Below, in pieces: positions 50,905 through 63,220 of a stretch of 64,000 nucleotides of DNA. Each line of letters starts with the position of its first letter. Position 1 is the first letter of the stretch. The notes under the pieces are model-generated. The model was not told the DNA's origin and searched no databases. It saw only the letters and a list, made by a program, of their open reading frames with translations. Source of the DNA: Ranitomeya imitator (taxonomy: Eukaryota). The stretch lies in the NCBI RefSeq assembly GCF_032444005.1, contig NC_091291.1, positions 144,150,001-144,214,000 of the forward strand, read 5' to 3'. Position numbers and translations under genes: made by a program.

Positions 50905-51118
50905 CATAAGCTATGGCCTCCATGGCGATGCCAGCAGCGTCTTTGCCATAGCCCTTCTCATAGAGCTGCACCATGGAGCGGCCATTGTGCTTCTCAGGAG
51001 GGTGCAGGGAATTAAGGCGTTTCGTGTGGGTGCGCAGCTGTTCCACCGCCCCGGCGCGGAATGTGTCACACGCCGCAATCAGCACATTATAGCCGTTCTC
51101 AATAAGCCAGAAGGAAAT
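50905..51118 (-). CDS. srpra: SRPRA exon 11
   Basis: ISFWLIENGYNVLIAACDTFRAGAVEQL...GYGKDAAGIAMEAIAY; 214 nt. Confidence 0.98.
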
Positions 51119-51185
51119 CTGCAGAAGAGGTGACATAAGCGAATGTGGGAGAGAAGGAACGACTGGCTATTGCTCACTCACTTAC

Positions 51186-51358
51186 CTTGGCCAAATTGGT
51201 GGATTTCCCCACTCCATTCACCCCACAGAAAGTGATGACGTACGGACGACGCGCGCGCTGCGACTCCATCACATCACGCAGCACGTCCACACGGCGCTTT
51301 GGCTGCAAGATCTGCACCAGGGACTCCTGTAATGCTTGTTTCACTGCAGACGTCACAG
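51186..51358 (-). CDS. srpra: SRPRA exon 10
   Basis: VTSAVKQALQESLVQILQPKRR...FCGVNGVGKSTNLAK (P-loop); 173 nt. Confidence 0.98.
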
Positions 51359-51386
51359 CTGATGGGAGAAATGAGAACAGCGGTGC

Positions 51387-52975
51387 ACAGTGAGCGCAGC
51401 TCTGTGGTATAATACAGGATACGTAATGTATGAACAGTGAGCGCAGCTCTGAGGTATAATACAGGATGTAACTCAGGATCAGTAATGTATGTACACAGTG
51501 ACTGCACCAGCAGAATAGTGAGTGCAGCTCTGGGGTATAATACAGGAGGTAACTAAGGATCAGTAATGTAATGTATGTACACAGTGACTGCACCAGCAGA
51601 ATAGTGAGTGCAGCTCTGGGGTATAATACAGGATGTAACTCCGGATCAGTAATGTAATGTATGTACACAGTGACTGCACCAGCAGAATAGTGAGTGCAGC
51701 TCTGGAGTATAATACAGGATGTAACTCAGGATCAGTAATGTAATATATGTACACAGTGACTGCACCAGCAGAATAGTGAGTGCAGCTCTGGAGTATAATA
51801 CAGGAGGTAACTCAGGATCAGTAATGTAATGTATGTACACAGTGACTGCACCAGCAGAATAGTGAGTGCAGCTCTGGGGTATAATACAGGATGTAACTCA
51901 GGATCAGTAATGTATGTACACAGTGACTGCACCAGCAGAATAGTGAGTGCAGCTCTGGAGTATAATACAGGAGGTAACTCAGGATCAGTAATGTATGTAC
52001 ACAGTGACTGCACCAGCAGAATAGTGAGTGCAGCTCTGGAGTATAATGCAAGATGTAACTCAGGATCAGTAATGTAATGTATGTACACAGTGACTGCACT
52101 AGAATAGTGAGTGCAGCTCTGAAGTATAATACAGGATGTAACTCAGGATCAGTAATGTAATGTATGTACACAGTGACCACCACCAGAATAGTGAGTGCAG
52201 CCCTGGGGTATAATACAGGATATAACTCAGGATCAGTAATGTAATGTATGTACACAGTGACTGCACCAGCAGAATAGTGAGTGCAGCTCTGGGGTATAAT
52301 ACAGGATGTAACTCAGGATCAGTAATGTATGTACACAGTGACTGCACCAGCAGAATATTAAGAGCAGCCCTGGGGTATAATACAGGATATAACTCAGGAT
52401 CAGTAATGTAATGTATGTACACAGTGACTGTACCAGCAGAATAGTGAGTGCAGCTCTGGGGTATAATACAGGAGGTAACTCAGGATCTGTAATGTATGTA
52501 CACAGTGACTGCACCAGCAGAATAGTGAGTGCAGCCCTGGGTTATAATACAGGATATAACTCAGGATCAGTAATGTAATGTATGTACACAGTGACTGCAC
52601 CAGCAGAATAGTGAGTGCAGCTCTGGAGTATAATGCAGGATGTAACTCAGGATCAGTAATGTAATGAATGTACACAGTGACTGCACCAGCAGAATAGTGA
52701 GTGCAGCTCTGGAGTATAATGCAGGATGTAACTCAGGATCAGTAATGTAATGTATGTACACAGTGACTGCACCAGCAAAATAGTGAGTGCAGCTCTGAAG
52801 TATAATACAGGATGTAACTCAGGATCAGTAATGTAATGTATGTACACAGTGACTGCACCAGAATAGTGAGTGCAGCTCTGAAGTATAATACAGGAGGTAA
52901 CTCAGGATCAGTAATGTAATGTATGTACACAGTGACTGCACCAGCAGAATAGTGAGTACAGCTCTGGAGTATAAT
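51387..52975 (+). repeat. 86-bp satellite array filling SRPRA intron 9
   Basis: Same unit as 18731-27984; occupies ~96% of the 1648-nt intron. Confidence 0.97.
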
Positions 52976-53006
52976 GTAACAGAGTTGGAATTGATATAGG
53001 ACTTAC

Positions 53007-53093
53007 TTGAGAAAGTTCCCATGACTTTCCCTTCCAGTCTCTTTGCCACGGACTCGCACAGCTGCACAGCAATTTCCGCTGCTACATTCTTGG
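53007..53093 (-). CDS. srpra: SRPRA exon 9
   Basis: AKNVAAEIAVQLCESVAKRLEGKVMGTFS; 87 nt. Confidence 0.97.
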
Positions 53094-53214
53094 CTGCAAG
53101 AATAGCAAACATGTAAGAAATTTCTGATCTTTTGCCATTCATGACACCAGGAAAGCTGAGTGTCAGGAGCAGCTGGCCTCCGTTATTCACCGTGTACTTT
53201 TATATCAGCCTCAC

Positions 53215-53333
53215 CTATGAGATGATCCTTCATCTTCTCCAGCACTGGCTCCATGTCGTCCATGGTTAGACTTTTAGCCCCAACCAGACCCTTCAACATC
53301 CCGAACATCCCTCCAAAGCTGCTCTTCTTGGCA
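53215..53333 (-). CDS. srpra: SRPRA exon 8
   Basis: AKKSSFGGMFGMLKGLVGAKSLTMDDMEPVLEKMKDHLI; 119 nt. Confidence 0.96.
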
Positions 53334-53408
53334 CTAGAAGAACCCAATAGCGGTGAGAGCGCAGCACGGACCCACAGCCCTGGCCAGTAGGATAGACAGG
53401 TGGGCTAC

Positions 53409-53530
53409 CTGGACCCGTTCACAGATGGAGGAGATTTGGTTTGGACAGTGGGGACATCTTCCTCTTCTTCGCTGCTGCTCTCATACTCCACATCTGGGGG
53501 GTTCCCCGACATGAAACCACTGCGAAATCT
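53409..53530 (-). CDS. srpra: SRPRA exon 7
   Basis: RFRSGFMSGNPPDVEYESSSEEEEDVPTVQTKSPPSVNGS; acidic linker, phases 0 to 2 fit; 122 nt. Confidence 0.85.
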
Positions 53531-53966
53531 CTGAAATACACATGACATGAAGACTTTAAGGGAATGTTCCAGGATCCGCCAAACATGGATGGATGCCTTC
53601 TTCCAAAAACAGCGCCACACCTGTCTACAGGTTGAATCTGGCATTACACCTCCTATTCACAGAGGTAAACGGTGCAGAAACGTAATCCCACACACAAGCT
53701 GTAGATTTTGAAAGAATGCTGTCATGTTTTTCTGATCGTGGGCAAGTCCCTTCACCTGGGTGACCAATACTAATGGCTGCCATTACAGTAACCTTATGGA
53801 CAAACGACGTGCAACGGTAACAAACCCTCAACTGTAAGAATCAAAACTTTTTCTTATTCTCTGAGATTTCTACTCGTTGACTGAAAGCGCAGATCTTATA
53901 AATGATGATTAATAGAAATATAGATTCCTATGTCCAGCAACAGGATACGGTGGTGCCGATTCTTAC

Positions 53967-54123
53967 CAGTGCCTCCAGATCCTCGTCTGGTGCGGCCCCC
54001 TCGTCCACGCTGCCGTTGGTGGTGGGTTTGCTGTAGTCTAGCTCTTTGGTGTTGGATGCTCCGAGCTCCCACACCCGTGGCTGCTTTCCTTTTTCCTTCT
54101 GAGCCTCCGGTTTTGGAGATTTA
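53967..54123 (-). CDS. srpra: SRPRA exon 6
   Basis: KSPKPEAQKEKGKQPRVWELGASNTKELDYSKPTTNG...; 157 nt. Confidence 0.95.
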
Positions 54124-54201
54124 CTATAAAAAAATGGATAAAACTGTCAGTACTCAGTGACAGGACCCAGCCCCCGGGATCCCTGTGCACCGTGTCCGCA
54201 C

Positions 54202-54352
54202 CTGGCCTTGTCCCCGGTCTTCATCTTCTTCTTGAAGAACTCCTCACGCTTCCGCTGCATGGTCTCCTCGGCGCTCAGCTCCTCCTTGTCCCCGGAGGAT
54301 GGCGGCACACTCACCTTCGGTTTACTAGAAGTGACGGCTTCTGGTGCGATAT
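54202..54352 (-). CDS. srpra: SRPRA exon 5
   Basis: IAPEAVTSSKPKVSVPPSSGDKEELSAEETMQRKREEFFKKKMKTGDKA; phases 1 to 2 fit; 151 nt. Confidence 0.9.
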
Positions 54353-54540
54353 CTGCAAAACATAGCGGAGCTTGGGAAATGGAGAACAGGCAGAGGAGCC
54401 CCCAAGGCTCTATGGACGCCCCTGATGTGTGAGGTCTGTGGGGTCCACACAAGTCCTGGCCCCCACATATCAGCTAGACACCACATAATACACACAAAAT
54501 CTCCATCCAGGGCACTGCGGGGTTAACTCTCGGCACTCAC

Positions 54541-54695
54541 TCTCTTTCTTAGAAGACTTGCTTTTCTTATGATTTTCCTTCACTTTTTCACCCGGCTTTT
54601 CGATCATGGACTTCACCGTCTTCTTGGACTTCTCGGACTGTTTGAAGGTCTTCATGGCGGCAGGGGCTCGAGCTCGGCTACTCTCCTCCGCTGCC
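54541..54695 (-). CDS. srpra: SRPRA exon 4
   Basis: AAEESSRARAPAAMKTFKQSEKSKKTVKSMIEKPGEKVKE...; 155 nt. Confidence 0.95.
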
Positions 54696-54785
54696 CTGTA
54701 CGGCAGACACAAGTCAGCTCAGGATCACACAACAGTCCCTGGATAATCCATACTGAGGTCGGACTACACCCCGTCACCCACCAAC

Positions 54786-54949
54786 CTGAGAAGAAAGTCA
54801 AAATCATCCTGAAAATCGAAAGAGCCGCTTAATAAACCCAGCGTGCCGTTCTGCTGGATCTGATTGCGGTACTTATCCCGGAATTCTTTATGGACGTCAT
54901 CTATTAACTTGTCCACATACGTTAGCGTTAAAATCTTCTGGTATCCGAC
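54786..54949 (-). CDS. srpra: SRPRA exon 3
   Basis: VGYQKILTLTYVDKLIDDVHKEFRDKYRNQIQQ...; 164 nt. Confidence 0.96.
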
Positions 54950-55120
54950 CTATGGGGACAGGAAACGGATGTAGAGGTGACACTCAAGGGGTAATGTGAC
55001 CATACTGCGCAGTCCCATCCCCCACTCCATCCATCATGAGGCTCATGATGAGCAAGGAGGACACAGAACAACATGGGATATGAAGCAGCGCACTGGCCAC
55101 CGCCGCCGTCCATGTCTTAC

Positions 55121-55204
55121 CACGAACACCAGCTCAAACTGATTGTCCAGCTTGTACTTCAGGGTGAGGGAGTCATGGTTGTAGCAGTTGCTGCCGCCTC
55201 GCTC
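55121..55204 (-). CDS. srpra: SRPRA exon 2
   Basis: ERGGSNCYNHDSLTLKYKLDNQFELVFV; 84 nt. Confidence 0.97.
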
Positions 55205-55586
55205 CTACAGAGACAACACAGACAATGATAAGAGTAGTGGTCCACACCCTTCACAAAACGCAGCTCCCAGGTCCGAAGCAGCTGCACAGCACCTGGACAG
55301 GACCCCCCAAAAGTGCCAGTCCCCTCCACAGTCTCCATACGACAGACATCCCCCTTGGAGCCTCAGTGACCCCCAGAATATTACGACTCATTTGTCTCCA
55401 GGTATCTGATACGTTGTCCTCACTGCTGGAATAAAATCACAGGAGATTCAAGACTGCGGCCATTCCCTCCCTACATCCGAATGTTAGCACAGTCCTCAAC
55501 CCCCCAAGACCTTACATCACCCCTCCCCCACATCAGGGGCGCAGTAATACAATCATGTCATCTCTGTCCTGAACCTCCCGGACTTT

Positions 55587-55825
55587 AGGTACCTTCACAC
55601 TAAACGATATCACTAGCGATCCGTGACGTTGCAGCGTCCTGGCTAGCGATATCGTTCAGTTTGACACGCAGCAGAGATCAGGATCCTGCTGTGATGTCGT
55701 TGGTCGGGGCTAGAAGGCCAGAACTTTATTTGGTCGCTGGACTCCCTGCAGACATCGCTGAATCGGCGTGTGTGACACCGATTCAGCGATGTCTTCACTG
55801 GTAACCAGGGTAAACATCGGATTAC
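55587..55825. mobile_element. Truncated third copy of the aggtacc MITE
   Basis: aggtaccttcacactaaacgatatc... to ggtaaccagggtaaacatcgg, then replaced by the 55852 array. Confidence 0.8.
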
Positions 55826-55851
55826 TAAGAGTACAGACCCCAACACCACAC

Positions 55852-58151
55852 GGGAATCACTGCTCCCCCCATCACCTCATTATACCGCGGGAACCACTGC
55901 TCCCCCCTCACCTTACACCCCGGGAATCACTGCTCCCCCTCCCGTCACCTCCTTACACCTCGGGAATCACTGCTCCCCCTCCCGTCACCTCAGGAATCAC
56001 TGCTCTCCCTCCCGTCACCTCCATACACCCAGGAATCACTGCTCTCCCTCCCGTCACCTCAGGAATCACTGCTCTCCCTCCCGTCACCTCCTTACACCTC
56101 AGGAATCACTGCTCTCCCTCCCGTCACCTCAGGAATCACTGCTCTCCCTCCCGTCACCTCCTTACACCCAGGAATCACTGCTCTCCCTCCCGTCACCTCA
56201 GGAATCACTGCTCTCCCTCCCGTCACCTCAGGAATCACTGCTCCCCCTCCCGTCACCTCCTTACACCCCGGGAATCACTGCTCCCCCTCCCGTCACCTCA
56301 GGAATCACTGCTCTCCCTCCCGTCACCTCCTTACACCTCAGGAATCACTGCTCTCCCTCCCGTCACCTCAGGAATCACTGCTCTGCCTCCCGTCACCTCC
56401 TTACACCCAGGAATCACTGCTCTCCCTCCCGTCACCTCAGGAATCACTGCTCTCCCTCCCGTCACCTCCTTACACCCAGGAATCACTGCTCTCCCTCCCG
56501 TCACCTCAGGAATCACTGCTCTCCCTCCCGTCACCTCAGGAATCACTGCTCTCCCTCCCGTCACCTCCTTACACCCAGGAATCACTGCTCCCCCTCCCGT
56601 CACCTCCTTACACCCAGGAATCACTGCTCCCCCTCCAGTCACCTCCTTACACCAAGGGAATCACTGCTCCCCCTCCCGTCACCTCCTTACACCCCAGGAA
56701 TCACTGCTCCCCCTCCCGTCCCCTCCTTACACCCCAGGAATCACTGTTCCCCCTCCCGTCACCTCCTTACACCCCGGGAATCACTGCTCCCCCTCCCGTC
56801 ACCTCAGGAATCACTGCTCTCCCTCCCGTCACCTCCATACACCTCAGGAATCACTGCTCTCCCTCCCGTCACCTCAGGAATCACTGCTCTCCCTCCCGTC
56901 ACCTCCTTACACCCAGGAATCACTGCTCTCCCTCCCGTCACCTCAGGAATCACTGCTCTCCCTCCCGTCACCTCCTTACACCCAGGAATCACTGCTCTCC
57001 CTCCCGTCACCTCAGGAATCACTGCTCTCCCTCCCGTCACCTCAGGAATCACTGCTCTCCCTCCCGTCACCTCCTTACACCCAGGAATCACTGCTCCCCC
57101 TCCCGTCACCTCCTTACACCCAGGAATCACTGCTCCCCCTCCCGTCACCTCCTTACACCCCAGGAATCACTGCTCCCCCTCCCGTCACCTCCTTACACCC
57201 CAGGAATCACTGCTCCCCCTCCCGTCACCCCCTTACACCCCAGGAATCACTGCTCCCCCTCCCGTCACCTCCTTACACCCCAGGAATCACTGCTCCCCCT
57301 CCCATCACCTCCTTACACCCCGGGAATCACTGCTCTCCCTCCCGTCACCTCCTTACACCCCGGAATCACTGCTCCCCCTCCCGTCACCTCCTTACACCCA
57401 GGAATCACTGCTCTCCCTCCCGTCACCTCCTTACACCCAGGAATCACTGCTCCCCCTCCCGTCACCTCCTTACACCCCGGGAATCACTGCTCCCCCTCCC
57501 GTCACCTCCTTACACCCGGGAATCACTGCTCTCCCTCCCGTCACCTCCTTACACCCAGGAATCACTGCTCCCCCTCCCGTCACCTCCTTACACCCAGGAA
57601 TCACTGCTCCCCCTCCCGTCACCTCCTTACACCCCGGAATCACTGCTCTCCCTCCCGTCACCTCCTTACACCCCGGAATCACTGCTCCCCCTCCCGTCAC
57701 CTCCTTACACCCAGGAATCACTGCTCTCCCTCCCGTCACCTCCTTACACCCCAGGAATCACTGCTCTCCCTCCCGTCACCTCCTTACACCCAGGAATCAC
57801 TGCTCCCCCTCCCGTCACCTCCTTACACCCCGGGAATCACTGCTCCCCCTCCCGTCACCTCCTTACACCCCGGGAATCACTGCTCTCCCTCCCGTCACCT
57901 CCTTACACCCAGGAATCACTGCTCCCCCTCCCGTCACCTCCTTACACCCAGGAATCACTGCTCTCCCTCCCGTCACCTCCTTACACCCCGGGAATCACTG
58001 CTCTCCCTCCCGTCACCTCCTTACACCCCGGAATCACTGCTCTCCCTCCCGTCACCTCCTTACACCCAGGAATCACTGCTCTCCCTCCCGTCACCTCCTT
58101 ACACCCAGGAATCACTGCTCTCCCTCCCGTCACCTCCTTACACCCCGGGAA
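55852..58151. repeat. 30/39-40-bp minisatellite in SRPRA intron 1
   Basis: ggaatcactgct(c/t)ccctcccgtcacctc with or without cttacaccca. Confidence 0.96.
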
Positions 58152-58385
58152 CCGCTGGAGTTTGGGGTCACCCCCGTCCATACGCCGTGCCCCCCAATAC
58201 CACAGTCCTGAGGTTTAGGTCGCTGGATGTCACCACTCTCAGATTCTCCGCGCTAAGTCATCAGCCCATCCGCCAACATAGTGACGAGCCCCTCAGAACG
58301 TCTTCTCCGGAAGCCCAATGTCCCCTGTGGGCCCCGACAACAGGAGCTCTGACACCTCTGTCCCCGCAGCGCCCCCGGCGGTCAC

Positions 58386-58502
58386 CTGCAGGATGACGGA
58401 GCGCAGAAGCGCATTCACTGGGCCGCTGATGGAGCCGCGCACCCCCTGGAAGCACCAGAGCACGATGCCCCCTTTGCTGAAGATTGTGAAGAAGTCCAAC
58501 AT
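58386..58502 (-). CDS. srpra: SRPRA exon 1 (SRP receptor alpha; 14 exons total 1935 nt, 644 aa)
   Basis: MLDFFTIFSKGGIVLWCFQGVRGSISGPVNALLRSVILQ; 117 nt; all 14 exons join in frame. Confidence 0.98.
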
Positions 58503-58789
58503 GTTTCTCCGTCCGCGCTGCGCACCGCACGTCACTCACGGCCCCGGGACACGTCAGAGAAACACCGGGATTCGCGTCACTTCCGCTTGTGCCGGAAAAG
58601 GCGGGAACTCTGCACTCAGACCGCCGCCATCTTACTACACCCATCACCCGCGCGCTCTCTGGAGTAGACGGTGTCACTGCGCTGCTCTGATTGGCTGTCA
58701 GCACGACGCTCCCTGATGATGTCACAGAATGTAAAAAGTTCTCTATCGGCTGTGTGGTCACTCACCAGCACCACAGTCACTGCAGAGCT
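58503..58789. promoter_or_regulatory. Bidirectional CpG promoter SRPRA/FOXRED1
   Basis: 287 bp between divergent ATGs; cgtcacttccg 58575-58585 and ccggaa 58592-58597 (ETS/GABP), CCGCCATCTT 58624-58633 (YY1), ATTGG 58690-58694 (NF-Y). Confidence 0.8.
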
Positions 58790-58928
58790 ATGAGTGTGAG
58801 CAGGGTGTGCAGGACTGGAGCGCTGCGGCTGCTGAACCGCGGGGGCCCTGCTCTGGGGGCCACAGCAGCGGCACACAGGGGCTTCAGGACATCCACAGCT
58901 TTACTGAAGGAGGATGACTTCACCAAAA
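58790..58928 (+). CDS. foxred1: Probable FOXRED1 exon 1 (mitochondrial presequence-like)
   Basis: MSVSRVCRTGALRLLNRGGPALGATAAAHRGFRTSTALLKEDDFTK: Arg-rich, acid-free until after RGFRTS; donor gtaagc at 58929, phase 1. The name rests on synteny (head-to-head with SRPRA in human), not sequence identity. Confidence 0.6.
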
Positions 58929-58932
58929 GTAA

Positions 58933-61900
58933 GCGACCCCCCACAATGAAGGATATATACAGTGTGAGCGGTGACTGCAGAGACCCCCACAATGAAGGAT
59001 ATATACAGTGTGAGCGGTGACTGCAGCGACCCCCACAATGTAGGATATATACAGTGTGAGCGGTGACTGCAGAGACCCCCACAATGTAGGATATATACAG
59101 TGTGAGCGGTGACTGCAGAGACCCCACAGTGTAGGATATATACAGTGTGAGCGGTGACTGCAGAGACCCCACAGTGTAGGATATATACAGTGTGAGCGGT
59201 GACTGCAGCGACCCCCACAATGTAGGATATATACAGTGTAATCGGTGACTGCAGAGACCCCCACAATGTAGGATATATACAGTGTGAGCGGTGACTGCAG
59301 ACCCCCACAATGAAGGATATATACAGTGTGAGCGGTGACTGCAGCGACCCCCACAATGTAGGATATATACAGTGTGAGCGGTGACTGCAGACCCCCACAA
59401 TGAAGGATATATACAGTGTGAGCGGTGACTGCAGAGACCCCCACAATGTAGGATATATACAGTGTGAGCGGTGACTGCAGCGACCCCCACAATGTAGGAT
59501 ATATACAGTGTGATCGGTGACTGCAGAGACCCCCACAATGAAGGATATATACAGTGTGAGCGGTGACTGCAGCGACCCCCACAATGTAGGATATATACAG
59601 TGTGAGCGGTGACTGCAGAGACCCCACAATGTAGGATATATAGAGTGTGAGCGGTGACTGCAGAGACCCCACAGTGTAGGATATATACAGTGTGAGCGGT
59701 GACTGCAGCGACCCCCACAATGTAGGATATATACAGTGTGAGCGGTGACTGCAGAGACCCCACAGTGTAGGATATATACAGTGTGAGCGGTGACTGCAGC
59801 GACCCCCACAATGTAGGATATATACAGTGTGAGCGGTGACTGCAGAGACCCCACAGTGTAGGATATATACAGTGTGAGCGGTGACTGCAGCGACCCCCAC
59901 AATGTAGGATATATACAGTGTAATCGGTGACTGCAGAGACCCCCACAATGTAGGATATATACAGTGTGAGCGGTGACTGCAGCGACCCCCACAATGTAGG
60001 ATATATACAGTGTGAGCGGTGACTGCAGACCCCCACAATGAAGGATATATACAGTGTGAGCGGTGACTGCAGCGACCCCCACAATGTAGGATATATACAG
60101 TGTGATCGGTGACTGCAGAGACCCCCACAATGAAGGATATATACAGTGTGAGCGGTGACTGCAGCGACCCCCACAATGTAGGATATATACAGTGTGAGCG
60201 GTGACTGCAGAGACCCCACAATGTAGGATATATAGAGTGTGAGCGGTGACTGCAGAGACCCCCACAATGAAGGATATCTACAGTGTGAGAGGTGACTGCA
60301 GAGACCCCCACAATGAAGGATATATACAGTGTGATCGGTGACTGCAGAGACCCCCACAATGAAGGATATATACAGTGTGAGCGGTGACTGCAGAGACCCC
60401 CACAATGAAGGATATATACAGTGTGAGAGGTGACTGCAGAGACCCCCACAATGTAGGATATATACAGTGTGAGCGGTGACTGCAGACCCCCACAATGTAG
60501 GATATATACAGTGTGAGCGGTGACTGCAGAGACCCCCACAATGTAGGATATATACAGTGTGAGCGGTGACTGCAGACCCCCACAATGTAGGATATATACA
60601 GTGTGAGCGGTGACTGCAGAGACCCCCACAATGTAGGATATATACAGTGTGAGCGGTGACTGCAGACCCCCACAATGTAGGATATATACAGTGTGAGCGG
60701 TGACTGCAGAGACCCCCACAATGTAGGATATATACAGTGTGAGCGGTGACTGCAGAGACCCCCACAATGTAGGATATATACAGTGTGAGCGGTGACTGCA
60801 GAGACCCCCACAATGTAGGATATACACAGTGTGAGCGGTGACTGCAGAGACCCCCACAATGTAGGATATATACAGTGTGAGCGGTGACTGCAGAGACCCC
60901 CACAATGTAGGATATATACAGTGTGAGTGGTGACTGCCGACCCCCACAATGAAGGATATACACAGTGTGAGCGGTGACTGCAGAGACCCCCACAATGTAG
61001 GATATATACAGTGTGAGCGGTGACTGCAGAGACCCCCACAATGTAGGATATATACAGTGTGAGCGGTGACTGCAGAGACCCCCACAATGTAGGATATATA
61101 CAGTGTGAGCGGTGACTGCAGCGACCCCCACAATGTAGGATATATACAGTGTGAGCGGTGACTGCAGACCCCACAATGTAGGATATATACAGTGTGAGCG
61201 GTGACTGCAGACCCCACAATGTAGGATATATACAGTGTGAGCGGTGACTGCAGCGACCCCACAATGTAGGATATATAGAGTGTGAGCGGTGACTGCAGAG
61301 ACCCCCACAATGTAGGATATATACAGTGTGAGCGGTGACCCCCACAATGTAGGATATATACAGTGTGAGCGGTGACTGCAGCGACCCCACAATGTAGGAT
61401 ATATAGAGTGTGAGCGGTGACTGCAGAGACCCCCACAATGTAGGATATATACAGTGTGAGTGGTGACTGCCGACCCCACAATGTAGGATATATAGAGTGT
61501 GAGCGGTGACTGCAGAGACCCCCACAATGTAGGATATATACAGTGTGAGTGGTGACTGCAGAGACCCCCACAATGTAGGATATATACAGTGTGAGCGGTG
61601 ACTGCAGAGACCCCCACAATGTAGGATATATACAGTGTGAGCGGTGACTGCAGAGACCCCCACAATGTAGGATATATACAGTGTGAGCGGTGACTGCAGA
61701 GACCCCCACAATGTAGGATATATACAGTGTGAGCGGTGACTGCAGAGACCCCCACAATGTAGGATATATACAGTGTGAGCGGTGACTGCAGAGACCCCCA
61801 CAATGTAGGATATATACAGTGTGAGCGGTGACTGCAGAGACCCCCACAATGTAGGATATATACAGTGTGAGCGGTGACTGCAGCGACCCCCACAATGTAG

Positions 61901-62666
61901 GATATATACAGTGTGAGTGGTGACTGCAGAGACCCCCACAATGTAGGATATATACAGTGTGAGCGGTGACTGCAGAGACCCCCACAATGTAGGATATATA
62001 CAGTGTGAGCGGTGACTGCAGAGACCCCCACAATGTAGGATATATACAGTGTGAGCGGTGACTGCAGAGACCCCCACAATGTAGGATATATACAGTGTGA
62101 GTGGTGACTGCAGAGACCCCCACAATGTAGGATATATACAGTGTGAGCGGTGACTGCAGAGACCCCCACAATGTAGGATATATACAGTGTGAGTGGTGAC
62201 TGCAGAGACCCCCACAATGTAGGATATATACAGTGTGAGCGGTGACTGCAGAGACCCCCACAATGTAGGATATATACAGTGTGAGCGGTGACTGCAGAGA
62301 CCCCCACAATGTAGGATATATACAGTGTGAGCGGTGACTGCAGAGACCCCCACAATGTAGGATATATACAGTGTGAGTGGTGACTGCAGAGACCCCCACA
62401 ATGTAGGATATATACAGTGTGAGCGGTGACTGCAGAGACCCCCACAATGTAGGATATATACAGTGTGAGTGGTGACTGCCGACCCCCACAATGTAGGATA
62501 TATACAGTGTGAGCGGTGACTGCAGAGACCCCCACAATGTAGGATATATACAGTGTGAGTGGTGACTGCAGAGACCCCCACAATGTAGGATATATACAGT
62601 GTGAGCGGTGACTGCAGAGACCCCCACAATGTAGGATATATACAGTGTGAGTGGTGACTGCCGACC
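58933..62666. repeat. 46-bp minisatellite, ~81 copies
   Basis: Unit gagacccccacaatgtaggatatatacagtgtgagcggtgactgca; 43-45-bp variants. Confidence 0.97.
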
Positions 62667-63220
62667 CTGTGTTCACTATATGGTTACACTGCAGTGAGGG
62701 CTGCGTTATATGAATCCTGGGTGATACAATGTGGCATCAGATTCCTGTCAGTCGCTGATATGTCGCCGTCACATTCTGCAGTGCTCCATCCCTGTCCCCA
62801 TTGGACGCTCTGCTTGGATTATTCTGTCACCTGTGGGGTCGTCCCGTCACGTCGCCCCCTTGCCTCTTCCCCGCACTGTAATAACAGGACGCACTCGCTG
62901 CCATTATTCTCTTTATTTATTGTCACTTTGTGGCATCTGATTGTAGTAAAGTTCTGTGACAACCGACATGAGAGTCTGCACGGCGTCCTCGCAGGTTGTC
63001 AGGATCATTACTGGGGAAATATTGTCACATGACGACTCGTTATCTTGTATTAACCCCGTTGGGTAACGAGCTGTCACAACTGCTGACAACGCCGCTGACT
63101 GTGCAAGAGTTATCTCTGGTTATTGCTTAATATTGATAGTTAATGCCTAAACCCGTTATAAACAATCACCGGCTGTTTATCTGTCACAAGTTCAATATAT
63201 CAATTCTGGAAAAAAGTCCC

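Noticed and set aside
55768-58218. 816-aa Pro/Ser/Thr-rich mucin-like ORF antisense to SRPRA
   Set aside because: Starts in a MITE and consists of the intron-1 minisatellite; no signal peptide or splice support.
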